Shown piece after piece: positions 23,559 to 36,700 of a stretch of DNA of 64,000 nucleotides. Origin of the DNA: Sminthopsis crassicaudata (Eukaryota). The first letter of the stretch is position 1. Every line of letters starts with the position of its first letter. The notes under the pieces are model-generated. The model ran no database searches and was not told the DNA's origin. It worked only from the letters and a program-made list of their open reading frames with translations. Made by a program: the position numbers and the translations under genes. Location of the stretch: contig NC_133621.1 of the NCBI RefSeq assembly GCF_048593235.1, positions 190,547,238 through 190,611,237 of the forward strand, given 5' to 3'.

Positions 23559-24815
23559 GAAAAACTATTGATTTAATAGGCTCTCTGGAGGAAGAAGGGG
23601 AAGTACCTACAACAAACTTTTTATATTCAATCAACATTTTTAACATTTTCCCATCACTTTTTAAAGTATGTACAAATCAACAAAAACAATAAATTAAGCC
23701 CTGATTTGTAATGTTTCAAGATGTTAATGATTATGCTGAAATTTTAGTAATAAGCTCTTAGCTGGTATAATATAGCCAGCTAAAGCACACCACTGATTTT
23801 AACTCAAAATTTAGTTATATCTAGAGACCAAACACAAAGCCTTACTATGATAGTACATAAAGGAGGTAACCATTCCCTTTTGATAATATTTATTGTTTTC
23901 TTTGCATCTATAATGTCATCCTAACCATTGTACAAAGTTTTTTTTTAATCCATTCTTAACATTACAAAAAAGAACCACCTCATATTGGATTCAGCCACAG
24001 TAAGATATTTGTACTCAAATCTGAGAAGAGAGAAAAAGACAAGCACACCCACAAAAACAGCAGCTTGGCCCTTTTGTGTGTTTTTTCTTTCCCATTTTAT
24101 AATGGAATTCAATTAAATTTTGATTCATCTTAGGCAATACTCATGCTGTTTGATCTCATTCTCTGATTCTGCTTGGCTTCAAAAAGAATCATGCAGGCAA
24201 GACAATTTCGTGTGTGTATGTGGGTTGTCCATGCGCGTGTGTGTGCGTGTGTGCGCGCGTGCATACCTGTGTGTGGATAGGTGATCCAAATTTCCTGCTG
24301 AAGCAGCAGGAAAGAATAATCCTGTGATACCATCAAATAAAATAATAATAATAATTAATGCTTTCTGTTGCCCCTTTTATCTATGGAGCTCAAAGAGCTT
24401 TGTAGGCATTAGCTCATTAATTCTTAGGCCATCAGGAAAAACATGCTTAGAAGGCATCCCATCAGAAATTAGAATATCACACTAAAGGAAGGAGAACTGC
24501 CATGACTAATTGAAAAGGAAGCTGTCTCGATCTCATCCTTTTTTGAGGAGGGGAAAGGAGCTATCCTAGTTCTGTCTCAGAAAGATGACATAGAAATGTA
24601 GGAATCTTCCTATTGTCTTGATAATAATTCTCCTAACCATTCATTGGGCACTTTGTTTAATTCTGATAACTGACTTTTTAAAAATTATTTTTAAATAATT
24701 TAACAGGGCTGAACCAGAAAGAGCTACAAAGCAAATTCTCCCCCCATGGCCAAATATGGCATATAAATCTTTTATTTGTCTCTTTCATCCCAAATGGAGA
24801 CAGTACCATTACCCT

Positions 24816-25050
24816 GGGTGGTACAGTGGATGGAGTGCTGAGCCCAGTGTCAGGAAGGTTCCTTTTCCTGAGTTCAGATTTTTTACTTACTAGCTGGGTC
24901 ACTCTGAGCAAGTCACTTAACCCTGTTTACCTCAGTTTCCTCATCTGTCAAATGGACTTGAGAAACAAATGTCAAAAACATTCTAATATCTTGGCCAAAT
25001 AAACCCCAAATAAGGCTATCAAGAGAAAAAACTGACTGAAAAACAACAAT
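24816..25050 (+). mobile_element. MAR1 SINE (CORE plus RTE tail)
   Basis: gggtggtacagtggatggagtgctg...gcaagtcacttaaccctgtttacctcagtttcc...ttggccaaataaaccccaaat...actgaaaaacaacaa. Confidence 0.85.
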
Positions 25051-26689
25051 GATTACACAAAAAGAAAAATAAGAAGGAGGGCGACTTTTGGCCCTTCAAC
25101 TTCTTTCTAGATTTTGGTGGAAAACAAATATCTTAAGTTAAGAAAGGCTTCAAAGCAAAACAATGGTTCCGAGAGAAACTCCTACAAAGTGTTTACTATG
25201 ATTGCTCATTGACAAAACAATTCTTATTTAGAAATAAAATAGATATTCTGTGACTAAATTTGAATAGCACTAATGAAATCACCTTTATATTAATAAGTAT
25301 AAAGTCATAAACTTTAATTCAAAAATCAAACTGCACAAAATGAGAGAAAGTTTTAATTAAAAAAAAAAGTTATGGGGCAGGCAATGCTTTAGTGATCTGT
25401 GAGTTCAATATCAGTCATCAATGAGAGTTTAAACCTTGCTGCCTAAGCAGTCATGACCCATAGATGGATGTTAAGAGAAGAAACACGATCAGACATGAAT
25501 AATGTTAGTCTGTTTGAAGGATGAACATTGACTTGAGAGGGATCTTCAGTGTAGTCTGGGAAAAAAACTGTAAGGAGGCCGGTGTAATCATTCAGTAAAA
25601 TCATAATAAAACTTTATAGTCATTGATAGAGGCAGCAGGAATCCAGAGTAGGAAATGAATGATGAGTAGTAGAATAGACAAAGTAGAGTGGTCACAGAAT
25701 TGACAGAACATGGTAACTTCTATTAAATATCCCACAGTGCTGAGCACAAAAGCTTTCCTGTAGCTTTCCTAATGGATATGTCCCTTCCCTAATGTTTCAT
25801 AAAGAATTTTGTTTAAATGTTTCATACAGTTGGATATTCTAGCATAAAGGACTGAACACTGACCCCTCTACATATCTTATGCTTATCCTCTGAGCCTTTT
25901 TTCTTGCTACTCTCATGCTTGAATTCCCCTCCCCTCAGCTGCTAAATTTTACTTATCTTATAAAATTCCCTTTACATGCTAATTTCTCCTTGAAGTCTTC
26001 AATGGTTTCATCCAGTTGGTCATGTTTTCCTCCTAAAACCTCTCAAGTAATCTTGTTTTTTAACTTTATCTTGTCTAACAGTTGTCAAAGAAATAAAGTT
26101 TCATGTCATGTTCAGGATCATATTTGTTAAAGTATTTTCTTATTCCACGCTGTTGTGAGGAGAGTTTTTAAAGCCAACATAGTGACAACATAAAACTTTT
26201 AATAACCAACCAGATAAAGTAGCTTTTATGCATTCTCGAGATTAATCAAAGTGGTTATTTCAGTTTATTAATCAGGTGCTATGTGTAGCACCTATTTTGA
26301 TGGTTTTGTTATTTTGATGAAATAAACTCAGAGACTTTGAAGTCTTAACTGAATAAAATATACCACATATTCTCAAAGATCCTCTGATGTGGGGCCCTAA
26401 TATTTTACAACTCCTAAAACCTCTTTTTTAGTGGTTGTTACAGTTTTCAAAACAAAGAGTTTTAGTTCTAATCATTATTTTCCTCCTCTCATATACTAGT
26501 ATGTTCATAGCAAACTTGGTTTCAGAAGGAAGTGTGTTCTCTATGCTCCTACATAGTTATTTCACTGAGTCACAATATTTCAGTTAGATGGGAAATCAGA
26601 GGCCATAGGTTTCAAATCATACCTGATCAAGAACCCCATTTGCACATGCATAATCACTTCCTTGAAAACTTCTAGTTTTGACAATCAAT

Positions 26690-28330
26690 TGTCAAACAAC
26701 TTATTCCAACTTCAGGTAGCTATATTTATTGAGAAATGTTAACTGAAAACTATCTAAGCAACTTTCATCTATGACATTTTGTTCTTCCCTTCAAAGCCAA
26801 GCAAAATAAACCTAATCCTTTGCCCAGATGGCAACACTTAAGTACTTGAATATGGTTATCAAGCTAGTCATCCCCATTTCTTTTAATTCACATGGCATGG
26901 TCTCAAGACCTCTTATCATCTACAGAATGCTCCCTAGTTTATCAACAATTTTCTTATGATGTTACATTCAGCTCTAAATGCAATATTTCAGATGTAGTCA
27001 GACAGGGCCGAGTAGAGAGACATCACTTCATTTTAGACACTAGACCCCTCTTATTTTAACCTAACATTGCTATAACATTTGGGGCTATTTTTCACCTTGT
27101 TGACTTATGTAGCCCATTAAAGAACCCATATATTTTTCAAATTAACTGCTTTCTAGTCATACCTTGTAAATCTTGTAACTGTGGCATTTAATTTTTAGCT
27201 CAAATGTAAGACCACATTTACATTTATTTATTTTTAATTAATTTTTTTTTCTTTTTCTGGAGAGCAGTTTGGATCTTTAAAAGCATGGGCCAATCAATTT
27301 CCTAAATGAAATCCTCTCTTCCTCCTACTCAATCTGGGACTAATTCATTCGCCATCTGAGATAAACATATGTGTTTGTGTACTAGCATAATGGACATAAT
27401 GCATTAACTCAATCCAACTGCAGGTGATGGTCTAGTAGACAATAAGGAGCACCCAGAAAGAAGAAGAATTCGTTGATCTCTACATCCAGAAATTACTAAA
27501 GTAAATGTTGTTACCAGAAACTCACAGGAATGCAATCTAACTCTGTAATTCCCCTAGAAGCAATGGTTCAGTATTTACTAATGAAGTGTTTGTGATGACT
27601 TTATAGAATATAATGATAAGAATTGACTATGCATACATATATATATATGTAATCTGTTGTACTGAATACTTTATCAAAGTTGCTGTTCCTTTCTTATTTT
27701 CACCATGGATATCCTTGATATATGTACATCATTCTCATTAAAAAATTCTTTAAAATGACAAAGTTAAGTTGGTAGCTTTGACAATCTTTTGATCAATGGT
27801 TTTGGGTTTTATAATTAGGGTTTTTTTTTTCATCCTTTTCATATCTTTGTTCCCATGAATTTATCTTACAAAATCCCTCAAAGCTTTTAAAGATCTTTTA
27901 AATTTCAATCCATTAGATTTGATTCATAATTCTAACCTGTTGAGTCATTTGTGGATGCAGACTTTATCATTTAATACCCACTACCATTCTCCATTTTGTA
28001 TTACCTGTAATATGACAAATATAGCATCTATGCTTTCTTCCAAATCATTGACAAAAATGTTAAAACATATATATAACCAAAGATGGAGCACTATGACATT
28101 TCATTTGAGACTACTTTCCAAGTTCATGAGTCATCAACAATTGTTTTCTTTCCAAAAGAAAAGTGATCTTCAGACTAGAAATGACAATACAAAAACAACA
28201 TATAGGGATAAATGCCTAAGATAAGTAAACTCTTGATGAATTCAAATTACCTGACTTAGATGAATTACATCTTCAATTCTTAGAAGAATTAGTACATGGG
28301 ATTTTTTTTTCTGGATGCAGATGGCATTTT
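26690..28330 (-). mobile_element. L3/CR1 fragments (about 26690-27220 and 27900-28330)
   Basis: cacttaagtacttgaatatggttatc; ttccaaatcattgacaaaaatgttaaaa; antisense homologue of 60255-61160. Confidence 0.7.
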
Positions 28331-28896
28331 CTGTCCAAAGTTTATTGGGATTGCTCTGGATCAGTGAACCACTGAGAAGAATCAAGTTTTTCATAGTTGA
28401 TCTCGCACATGAGCAGAATTCAGAGGGATGAGAGAGAGAGGCTTTCTAGTTTAGGTGAGGATGGGCATATCTGTTTTGTGAAAATACTCTACTTTCTCAA
28501 AGAAGTTACATGGGAAGTAGTAGAAAATAGGTTTTGATAAAGAATGTGTGTTCATATTACTGAGGGTCTTGGAAGCCATGCAATAGAGTTCAAATCTTAT
28601 GCCTTTATGTTTGGGCATTGTGTTTTTCCACTAAAGTAAAAATATCCTAGAAAAGGGGGGAAAAGTTAAGCAATTTTCAGTCATTTAATTGTGTATCATT
28701 TTAAATTGATTTAACAGTTCCATAATGAAATAAGAAACAGGACAGGTAAATACTGATGTACAGAGAAAAAGCTAGGTTTATAATGTGGAAGATAAGAAAG
28801 AAACAGTCAATATATGTAATATTCTTGTAATGATCTCTAGACATCTTGGGGCAATGGGAAGGGTCAGTGTAGGGGACAAACTTTTATATAGTTCCT

Positions 28897-29098
28897 ATTA
28901 TGTGCTAAGCCTTTAATATTATCTCATTTGATCCTCACAACAACCCTAGGAGGAAGATGTGGTTATTATTCTCATTTTACAGTTGATATAGTGATTTGGC
29001 CAGGGTCACATAGCCAGTAAATATCTAAGGCCAGATCTGAACTCAGTGTTCCTGACTCCAGATTCAGTACTCTAGCCATGACACCACCCAGCTGCCTC
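28897..29098 (-). mobile_element. MIR
   Basis: atctcatttgatcctcacaacaaccctagg...ccagggtcacatagccagt...ccacccagctgcctc. Confidence 0.9.
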
Positions 29099-29689
29099 AA
29101 TGTGCTTCTGGGTTTGGAAGGGTTAGAGGGAAATTGGGGATTGGAAGGGGGTGCTCCAAAAGAAGAGAAGGCAAATACAATTGTTTTGTAATTTTCCTCA
29201 GGGCTATCCTTGTTCACAGTTATAATTCTTCCTCTATCTGGTGATTCTGACAATCCTAAAAAAATCTCATTAGCACATATTGGGTCATCATTGAAAACCT
29301 GGATATACTTTTCTCCCCGGACTCATAAATAAATGGTAGAGAATTGGTTGGAAATCCCTTTGTTATGATTTCAGGCAGAGAGTAATAGAAATGTCATCAT
29401 TTTATGTTTATGATATCTTCCTAAAATCTTCTGGAATCATGGGAATTGTGATTCCCATAGATTCCCTTGCATTCATATTCCCTAGGTCCTTTCAGTCAAT
29501 CAGAAAGCAATATATTTAATTCTCTCCCAAGCTTGGGTAAGACCCTCTGATTTGTAAGAATGCAACAAGGATTTTCCTAGAGAACGGTTGCTGTGGAACT
29601 GGAATGGGTGTGTCCTCCAGGTATGTGTGTATGTGTGTGTGCATGAGTTTTTAATAGCTGCTGAAGGAACTTGGGTGAGGGCCTTCTCT

Positions 29690-29740
29690 TTACCCGCCCA
29701 TTTGGGGAGAGATTAAAGCCACTGAGTTTGGTTGTCCCAT
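29690..29740 (+). promoter_or_regulatory. Putative GPRC5D core promoter (GC box CCCGCCC 29693-29699; TATA-like GATTAAA 29711-29717)
   Basis: Motifs lie just upstream of a consensus splice donor at 29808/29809, with a small local CpG cluster in an otherwise CpG-poor window. The TSS is inferred, not observed. Confidence 0.4.
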
Positions 29741-29808
29741 TCTTACTCATTGAAAACTACATCTTCATAGCCATTGAAGCCGCAGCTTGCAGACAGGACG
29801 CAGGAAAG
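29740..29808 (+). other. GPRC5D: Putative non-coding first exon of GPRC5D (5' end approximate)
   Basis: Consensus donor AAG|GTAAGT at 29808/29809, pairing with acceptor gtttctgcAG|G at 30897-30899. No ATG in the exon. Confidence 0.55.
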
Positions 29809-29893
29809 GTAAGTTCAAAGTATGACTTATGAATCTAGATGTGCTGAATTTTCCTGACTTGGGAGGGAATAGGTAAGAATATGAAGGGAAGGG

Positions 29894-29947
<54 letters not shown>

Positions 29948-30070
29948 TATATATATATGTATGTATGTATACACACATGTCTATGTATTTGTATATGTCT
30001 GTCTATATACATATTGATATGTATGTATGGATATGTGCACACACATATACATACACTTATATAATATATA
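29894..30070. repeat. (GATA)n followed by a TA/TG/CA-rich low-complexity tract in the GPRC5D 5' UTR intron
   Basis: Directly visible. Confidence 0.95.
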
Positions 30071-30944
30071 GCAGTTCTCAATAGAAAAATATTCTATTTC
30101 CCAAAAATTGATGAAATTTTTTTCAGATTTGTCTTGATACTCTGTCATACTTTAAATTCTCTAAGAGAAGACATCAAGTTATTTACTTTTAGCTGACCAT
30201 ATAATAAAGAATTAACAAATATTAATTGATTTGCACTGAGATGAACAGTTATTGATAAACTTTGGAAAATGTTTCTTTTAAGTTATGGATAATGTGGTGA
30301 CCAGAAACTTTAGGCAGTGTTGAAAGTATTCCCATGATCTCAGTTTAATTTCAAGAGATATGGGTCAGGAGCAAGATATAACTGGAAAACAGTCCAAGTA
30401 CAAAGATTCTCCTACCCATTTCGTGAAAAACTCAAGGTTTTGTGTAACATTCAATAGGACAAGCCCAATTAAAAAAAAAAAAAAAAGCCCAAGACATGAA
30501 CATGGTCCTGTTAAGCTGGAGTCACATCAATGAAATCTTTTTATTGATTTTCCCATTTGAAAGAGATGAATTCTAAGTACTTTTTTTCTCTTTCCAAAAA
30601 TTCCCACCACATTTAAATGAATTTTGTAATATGTGTTATATATTTGACTGTCTGTATGCCTGCTCTTTGGTACAGGAATCTGATTGATTCTACATGCATT
30701 TGTTTTCCCAGCAAAAGAAAAGATTAAGCTAAGTTAGCATAAATACTTGGGTTCTCTCAATTTTAAAAGCTTTCACTTCTTAGCTCCTATGTGTAATTTG
30801 GTTATAGAACCCATGACTGACTAACTAGCAGCTGGTCTTTGGGGATGGAAAGCAATGATGTGTCTTCCCCAAATTTGATTGTCAGTATGTTTCTGCAGGA
30901 TTCTCTGAGAAGAATATTCTGTTTGGTGCCACTTAGATGCTACC

Positions 30945-31824
30945 ATGTCTTCAGACTGTTTTGAGACCACCAATGACTACTATCTCCTCTGTAACACTGA
31001 AGAAGGTTGGGGCATTGTTTTAGAGTCACTGGCAGCCATAGGGATTGTTATATCAGTTCTGTTCCTCCTGGCATTTCTCTGGCTCATGCATAAAGTTCAA
31101 GACTGCAATCGATGGTGCATCCTTCCCACCCAGTTTGTCTTCCTCCTGAGTGTGTTGGGTCTCTTCAGTCTCACCTTCGCCTTCATCGTCAGACTCAATC
31201 TGCAGACTGGCCCTGTCCGCTACTTTCTCTTTGGTGTCCTCTTTGCTCTCTGTTATTCCTGCCTTCTGGCCCATGCTTGTAACCTGGTGAAGTTGGTCCG
31301 GGGAAGAGGCTGCTTCTCATGGCCAATATTGTTGGGCATTGCTCTTTGTTTCAGTCTGTTACAGATCATCATCTCCACTGAATACGTCACCCTCATGATG
31401 AACCGAGGTCCAATGTTTATATATATGACCCCTTATCAACTCGACATAGATTTTGTTGTTCTTTTGACCTATGTCCTCTTCCTGATGGTCCTAACCTTCT
31501 TTGTATCCAAGGCCATCTTCTGTGGCCCCTGTGAAGCCTGGAAGTGCCATGGTACCTATATCTTCATCACTATGGTCCTCTCAATTATTATCTGGGTGGT
31601 GTGGATCACTATGCTCTTAAGAGGTAATCCCCAACTACAACAGCACCCCAGATGGGATGATCCTGTCATCTGTATTGCCCTGGTCACCAACGCCTGGGTC
31701 TTCTTGCTGACATACATTGTGCCTGAGTTCTACAGTCTCTACTGTTCATGTAAGCAAGACAATACTTTCCAAGCTCCAACATACCAGCAGAGCTTCAAAA
31801 TGGAGACCCAGGATCTTTCTCGAG
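30945..31824 (+). CDS. GPRC5D: G protein-coupled receptor class C group 5 member D, coding exon 1 (all seven TM helices)
   Basis: [30 protein letters not shown]...[14 protein letters not shown]...[22 protein letters not shown]...[19 protein letters not shown]...ETQDLSR. Kozak accATG. Donor CGAG|GTAAAT, phase 1, 880 bp. Syntenic with HEBP1. Confidence 0.98.
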
Positions 31825-31963
31825 GTAAATACTATATAGACCTTTGTACAATGGGGAGGTGATAGAGTAGAACAAGCTGATTAATTTTAAGGAATATGCA
31901 GATTTGAGGTAAGTTTTAGGAAAGAAGGTGCTTTAACAGAACAGGCATAGAAATGGAGATTCT

Positions 31964-32014
31964 TATAGAGCACCAGCCCTGAATTCAGGAGGACCCGAGT
32001 TCAAATCTGGTCTC
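31964..32014 (+). mobile_element. WSINE1 5' part running into an assembly gap
   Basis: tagagcaccagccctgaattcaggaggacccgagttcaaatctggtctc. Confidence 0.8.
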
Positions 32015-32350
32015 NNNNNNNNNNNNNNNNNNNNNNNNNNNNNNNNNNNNNNNNNNNNNNNNNNNNNNNNNNNNNNNNNNNNNNNNNNNNNNNNNNNNNN
32101 NNNNNNNNNNNNNNNNNNNNNNNNNNNNNNNNNNNNNNNNNNNNNNNNNNNNNNNNNNNNNNNNNNNNNNNNNNNNNNNNNNNNNNNNNNNNNNNNNNNN
32201 NNNNNNNNNNNNNNNNNNNNNNNNNNNNNNNNNNNNNNNNNNNNNNNNNNNNNNNNNNNNNNNNNNNNNNNNNNNNNNNNNNNNNNNNNNNNNNNNNNNN
32301 NNNNNNNNNNNNNNNNNNNNNNNNNNNNNNNNNNNNNNNNNNNNNNNNNN
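32015..32350. other. Assembly gap (336 N) in a GPRC5D intron
   Basis: N run. Confidence 1.
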
Positions 32351-33789
32351 TATTTGATAAATATAAACCCCCAAAAAAATCAATTTTCTCAAAATAAATA
32401 TAATAAGAGGATCAAAAAGGAAATGAATCACTGGCACCAAAGGAGAGCAGTTTGATACTAAGTGTATGTGGACAGCTATTTAAAGCAGATATTCTTCCCA
32501 GATGTCAAATCAAGTTGGAGCTGTGAAGCTGTTGTGACATAGAATGGTTAAGCCAGCTTCTTGGCTATTAAATGCAAACATCAAATCTAGAAATAACTCA
32601 AAGTGAATTGACCCAAATTGAATGTGAGCTTTACACAACTAACTTTAAATATACCTTTATTAAAATCACAAGACCCAGGGCTTCTATAGATCAGATCTTT
32701 TGAAATGGAGTTTATGGGAAGGTATTTGGCATTTTAAACCCTGTAAATTTTTTCTAAGTGGAAAGAAGAAAGTTTAAACCAGGAGTCCTGCATAAAAACT
32801 TCAATAAGTAAATTGGGTGGAGGGCGGGACTTGTTTTGCTATGTTTGGGTCACATTTTCTTTCTATTCCAGAGATTAGTTACAGTTCTTTGATTTAAAAC
32901 CAAGTTTCCTGTTTATCTTTTCCTGAGGGACAAGTCCAGAAATATGGTACAGTGGAAAGAATACTAGCTCTGGAGTCAAAGGATCTGGGTTCAAATCCTA
33001 ACTTTTTTTTTCTTATCTGTTGGAGCTTAAATAAGTCACATAATCTATTTAAGCCTTAGAATTTTTACCTTTAAAATTAGGGGCATTGGACTAAATGATT
33101 TTACTACTTAGACTCAATAGTAAGATTGCTTAAGACTTTCAAGTTAATAGAAATTCTGTAACCCTGCAACTTCTTTGGGAATTGGGGGCTGATAATACAC
33201 AATATAAAATGCTACTGCTTAGCCACAATTTTCATTTTCCAATAGGAAATTCATTTCTTACAGGTAAGTTTATAGAATGTAAGCCTCCTAGATATTTAAT
33301 TTAATTACTTAATATCTTGTACAGCTAAAGGTGTGCTCATCACATTCAAACAATGACTAATGAAAACCTTCCCTTGAACACATAGAGGCACCAATTTGTG
33401 AAATTGTAGGTGATACTTCCTAAAATTGTTTTCAATCCATTGCTAATTATAAATATAACTTCAAAATAAGGCTTATTCATACTTCTCTATTAACTGTATC
33501 AAGTCAATTTAATGTCTCCAACATTAATACTATGCATTACTCATTTATAGTGTAACTTCAATAAAACAAACAAGATTTGCTATGTCCAAATACAAGTTTA
33601 TGATGGATAAGCTAATGATTAGAGAGCAACAAAGCATAGGTTTGTTTGCTTTTGCTTTCTTAAAAAGCAAACACTTGAATGGGAGTGTAGCATATGATAA
33701 CGGATAATCATGGCCACTATGCTAGTTGAATCTAAACTATACAACTGCCAAAATGATTTTTATGGCCATATTACCATCCTTAATCAGTA

Positions 33790-34320
33790 AAGCCCAAGAG
33801 TTTCCTATAACCTCCAGGATTCGAATTAAAGTCCTTCAGCATTGAAACTTTTCACAATCTTATTTCTTCCTACATTTCCACTCTCTTCACACTCTACACT
33901 CCATCCATGCACTTTATGGTCCAGAAATACCATCCTACTTGGTGTACCATCTCTATGCCTTTGCATTGTTTGTCCCAAAGGGTTGAATGATCTCTCTGCA
34001 CATCTCTACTTCTTGACATCCCTATATTATATAAGACTTAGATCAAAGATCATCCTTGGCAGGAAGCCTTCCCAGTGCCCTCATTCAGGCACTTTCATCT
34101 TTCTTTTTGAAGTTGCTTTCCTTCTATTCTGGTTGTATCTTATTTGTTATTTATTTATTCATTCATTCATTCAATTATTTGTTTATTTATTTACCTGCTG
34201 CCTCTTCCATTACTCTTTGAAGGCATGGATTTGCCTTTCTTTTTTATCACCATCACAGCACAATGCCTAGCATATAGTAAGCACTTAATAAACATTGTTG
34301 ATTGATTGATCATCTCTTTG
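33790..34320 (+). mobile_element. L2 3' end
   Basis: Ends gcctagcatatagtaagcacttaataaacattgttgattgattga. Confidence 0.85.
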
Positions 34321-35319
34321 TATGAAACATTATTAATAGGAAGGCTATTTATTAGGCCTTGCAAAATTCTTTCTTTTTCAAATAATTCAACTTGACATTC
34401 AATCAAGTAACTTTATTAATTTAGTAATAGCTAGCATCTATATAATATACTTTAAGGTTTGCAAAATGTTTTGCATTATTTGTCCTATTTGATCTTCACA
34501 AAACTTCTTTGAAGTAGTTGCTATCATTATACCCATTTTACAAAGGAGGTAATTAAGGCTAAGATAAGTGAAGTGACTTCCTGCATGATTAGTATAGATT
34601 AAGAGGTTTGGGCTTATGAAATATCACAGTAAAAATTCAAATGAGAGGATTAAAACTAAAGCAAGAAAAATAAAGCAACAGCTAAATGAATGAGATGTCA
34701 GGAAGATTTTTATTACTTTTTTTTCCTACTATACTTAGGTAGAATCTGACAATGTAGGATGATTTGGATGGGTGATACCTTGTATTTCTTGTAATATACA
34801 TTTGTTAAAATAAATTGAGTTCTAGGTTCTAGGAAAAGTCTGTACAAAAATAAATGAAATCCTTGTTCTCAGTTTACTTAACATCCTATATAGTCAATAA
34901 GATAAACAAAAGTTACAACAAGATGAATACATAAAAGTTGCACAAAAATGGTTCATACCAGGATGCAATTATGGTCTTCATTTGATATTGAAAGTAAGAA
35001 AGTCTCAACTTTTTTATAAAGTAGACCAAAGCTATGATCAGAGCTGAAAGATTTAAAATAGCATGCATGATTCATGGTCTGACCTGATGAAATCTGGTTC
35101 TAAAAAAAAATTTCTTCCCATGAGACTTATTCCCTCATCATGAATCATATATTCAATTTATTTCCTAGGGTAGAAGGGCAAGAATCTAGTACATTATATC
35201 ATCTATTAATGGTAAAATTAGTTGCCAAACTTGCTAAACAATGTTGGAAGAAAAGAGCACACTATATTATTTTTAATTTGAATTTTTGGACTTTTTTTTA
35301 ATTTTTATTTTTTTCTTTT

Positions 35320-35458
35320 TTTGCTGAGGCAATTGGGATTAAGTGACTTGTCCAGGGTCACACAGGTAGGAAGTATTAAATGTCTGAGGCCAAATTTGAA
35401 ATCAGGTCCTCCTGACTTCAGGGTTAGTACTTTATCCACTGCACCATCCAGCTGCTCT
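35320..35458 (-). mobile_element. WSINE1, full length
   Basis: tttttgctgaggcaattgggattaagtgacttgtccagggtcacacag...ggtcctcctgacttcaggg...tccactgcaccatccagctgctc. Confidence 0.92.
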
Positions 35459-35461
35459 GAC

Positions 35462-35590
35462 ATTTTTTAAATAGCTTTTTATTTACAAAACATATGCATG
35501 GATAATTTTTCAACATTGACCCTTGCAAAACTTTTTGTTCCAACTTTTCCCCTACCCCCTCCCCTAGATGGCAGGTAGTCCAATACAGAA
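35462..35590 (-). mobile_element. Very short L1 3' tail
   Basis: gcatggataatttttcaacattgacccttgcaaaac...cccctagatggcagg. Confidence 0.85.
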
Positions 35591-36373
35591 CATTCTTTTT
35601 TAAAATAAGATTTTGATTTCCAAATTTTTCCCTTTCCTCTTCCTTAAGACAGTAAGCACTTTGTTATAGATTATATAAGAACACACAATATTATCAAAGA
35701 GCAATACATCTCAAATTTGAAGAGACCTCAGAGATCATCTAGCCCAAGTGGATCATTTTGCAGAGAGGGTAACTGAGATCCAAGGAGGTTAAGTTACTTG
35801 CCCAAATACTGCAAATAGAAATCATTAGAGGAAGAATTTTAATCCAAATCATCTGACTCCAAAGTCAGTGTTTTTAGTCACTTGTTACATGTGTCATAAC
35901 TTTTTTTCTTAAGAAAATATTTTGTCAAAAGGACCAAAAAAAAAAAAAAAATTAGCATCCTAATCAATCACTGTAATTCTCCTGCCTATATATCAAATTA
36001 ATTCAATTCAATAAGCATTTATAAGTGCCTACTGATTCCTAGGCACTATTCTAGACATTGAGAATACAAAACAACAACAAAAATCCCTAATCTGAAGGAC
36101 CTTATATTCTTTTGTTTCTATGTTGCAGCATTGGGTGTCCTTATCCTTAATATGAAGTAATAAATCACAAGTGTCTTTGCAAATAAGCACACTCCATTTC
36201 ATTTTTTTAAAAGGCAACCTCCCTTTTTTCCAAGCTAAGTATTCCTTACTAAAAGCACTCTCTTGGTTCGAAGGCTAGAAGAGGCTATTTCTAGATCACT
36301 GGGACTCTTTATAGCTCTAATATGATATTTTTTCAAATGACTGATGCTAACCCAGTGCCTCTTTGGCTTTCAG

Positions 36374-36441
36374 CCCGAGACAGTGATGGAGCTGAGGAAG
36401 ATATAGCACTAACATCATGTGGTACCCCTATTCAAGTACAG
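36374..36441 (+). CDS. GPRC5D: GPRC5D coding exon 2 (68 bp)
   Basis: Acceptor ggctttcAG|CC and donor CAG|GTAAAT. Translates (A)RDSDGAEEDIALTSCGTPIQVQ versus human ARDSDGAEEDVALTSYGTPIQPQ. Not in the ORF track. Confidence 0.96.
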
Positions 36442-36700
36442 GTAAATGTACTCTCCTAATTTCACTAAGACAGGAGAACAATTAAGTACCAAATGAAGCC
36501 CTTACATTTCAGTTTTATGTGCTCTATGTATAGAAGAGAAATAAAGGTCACAACCAGATAAAAAGAAGGCAAGAATTGACTTGGGACTTTGCAGATCCAG
36601 GGCAATTCCTATGGCTATAGTAAGAATAAATCACACACTATGAATGTTCTTTCCTTTCTCCCAACATTTCTAAAGGGGAAATCAAGTTCTATGATAATCT

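Noticed and set aside
31053-31274. 73-aa acidic minus-strand ORF
   Set aside because: Antisense shadow of the hydrophobic GPRC5D TM codons; no independent gene signals.
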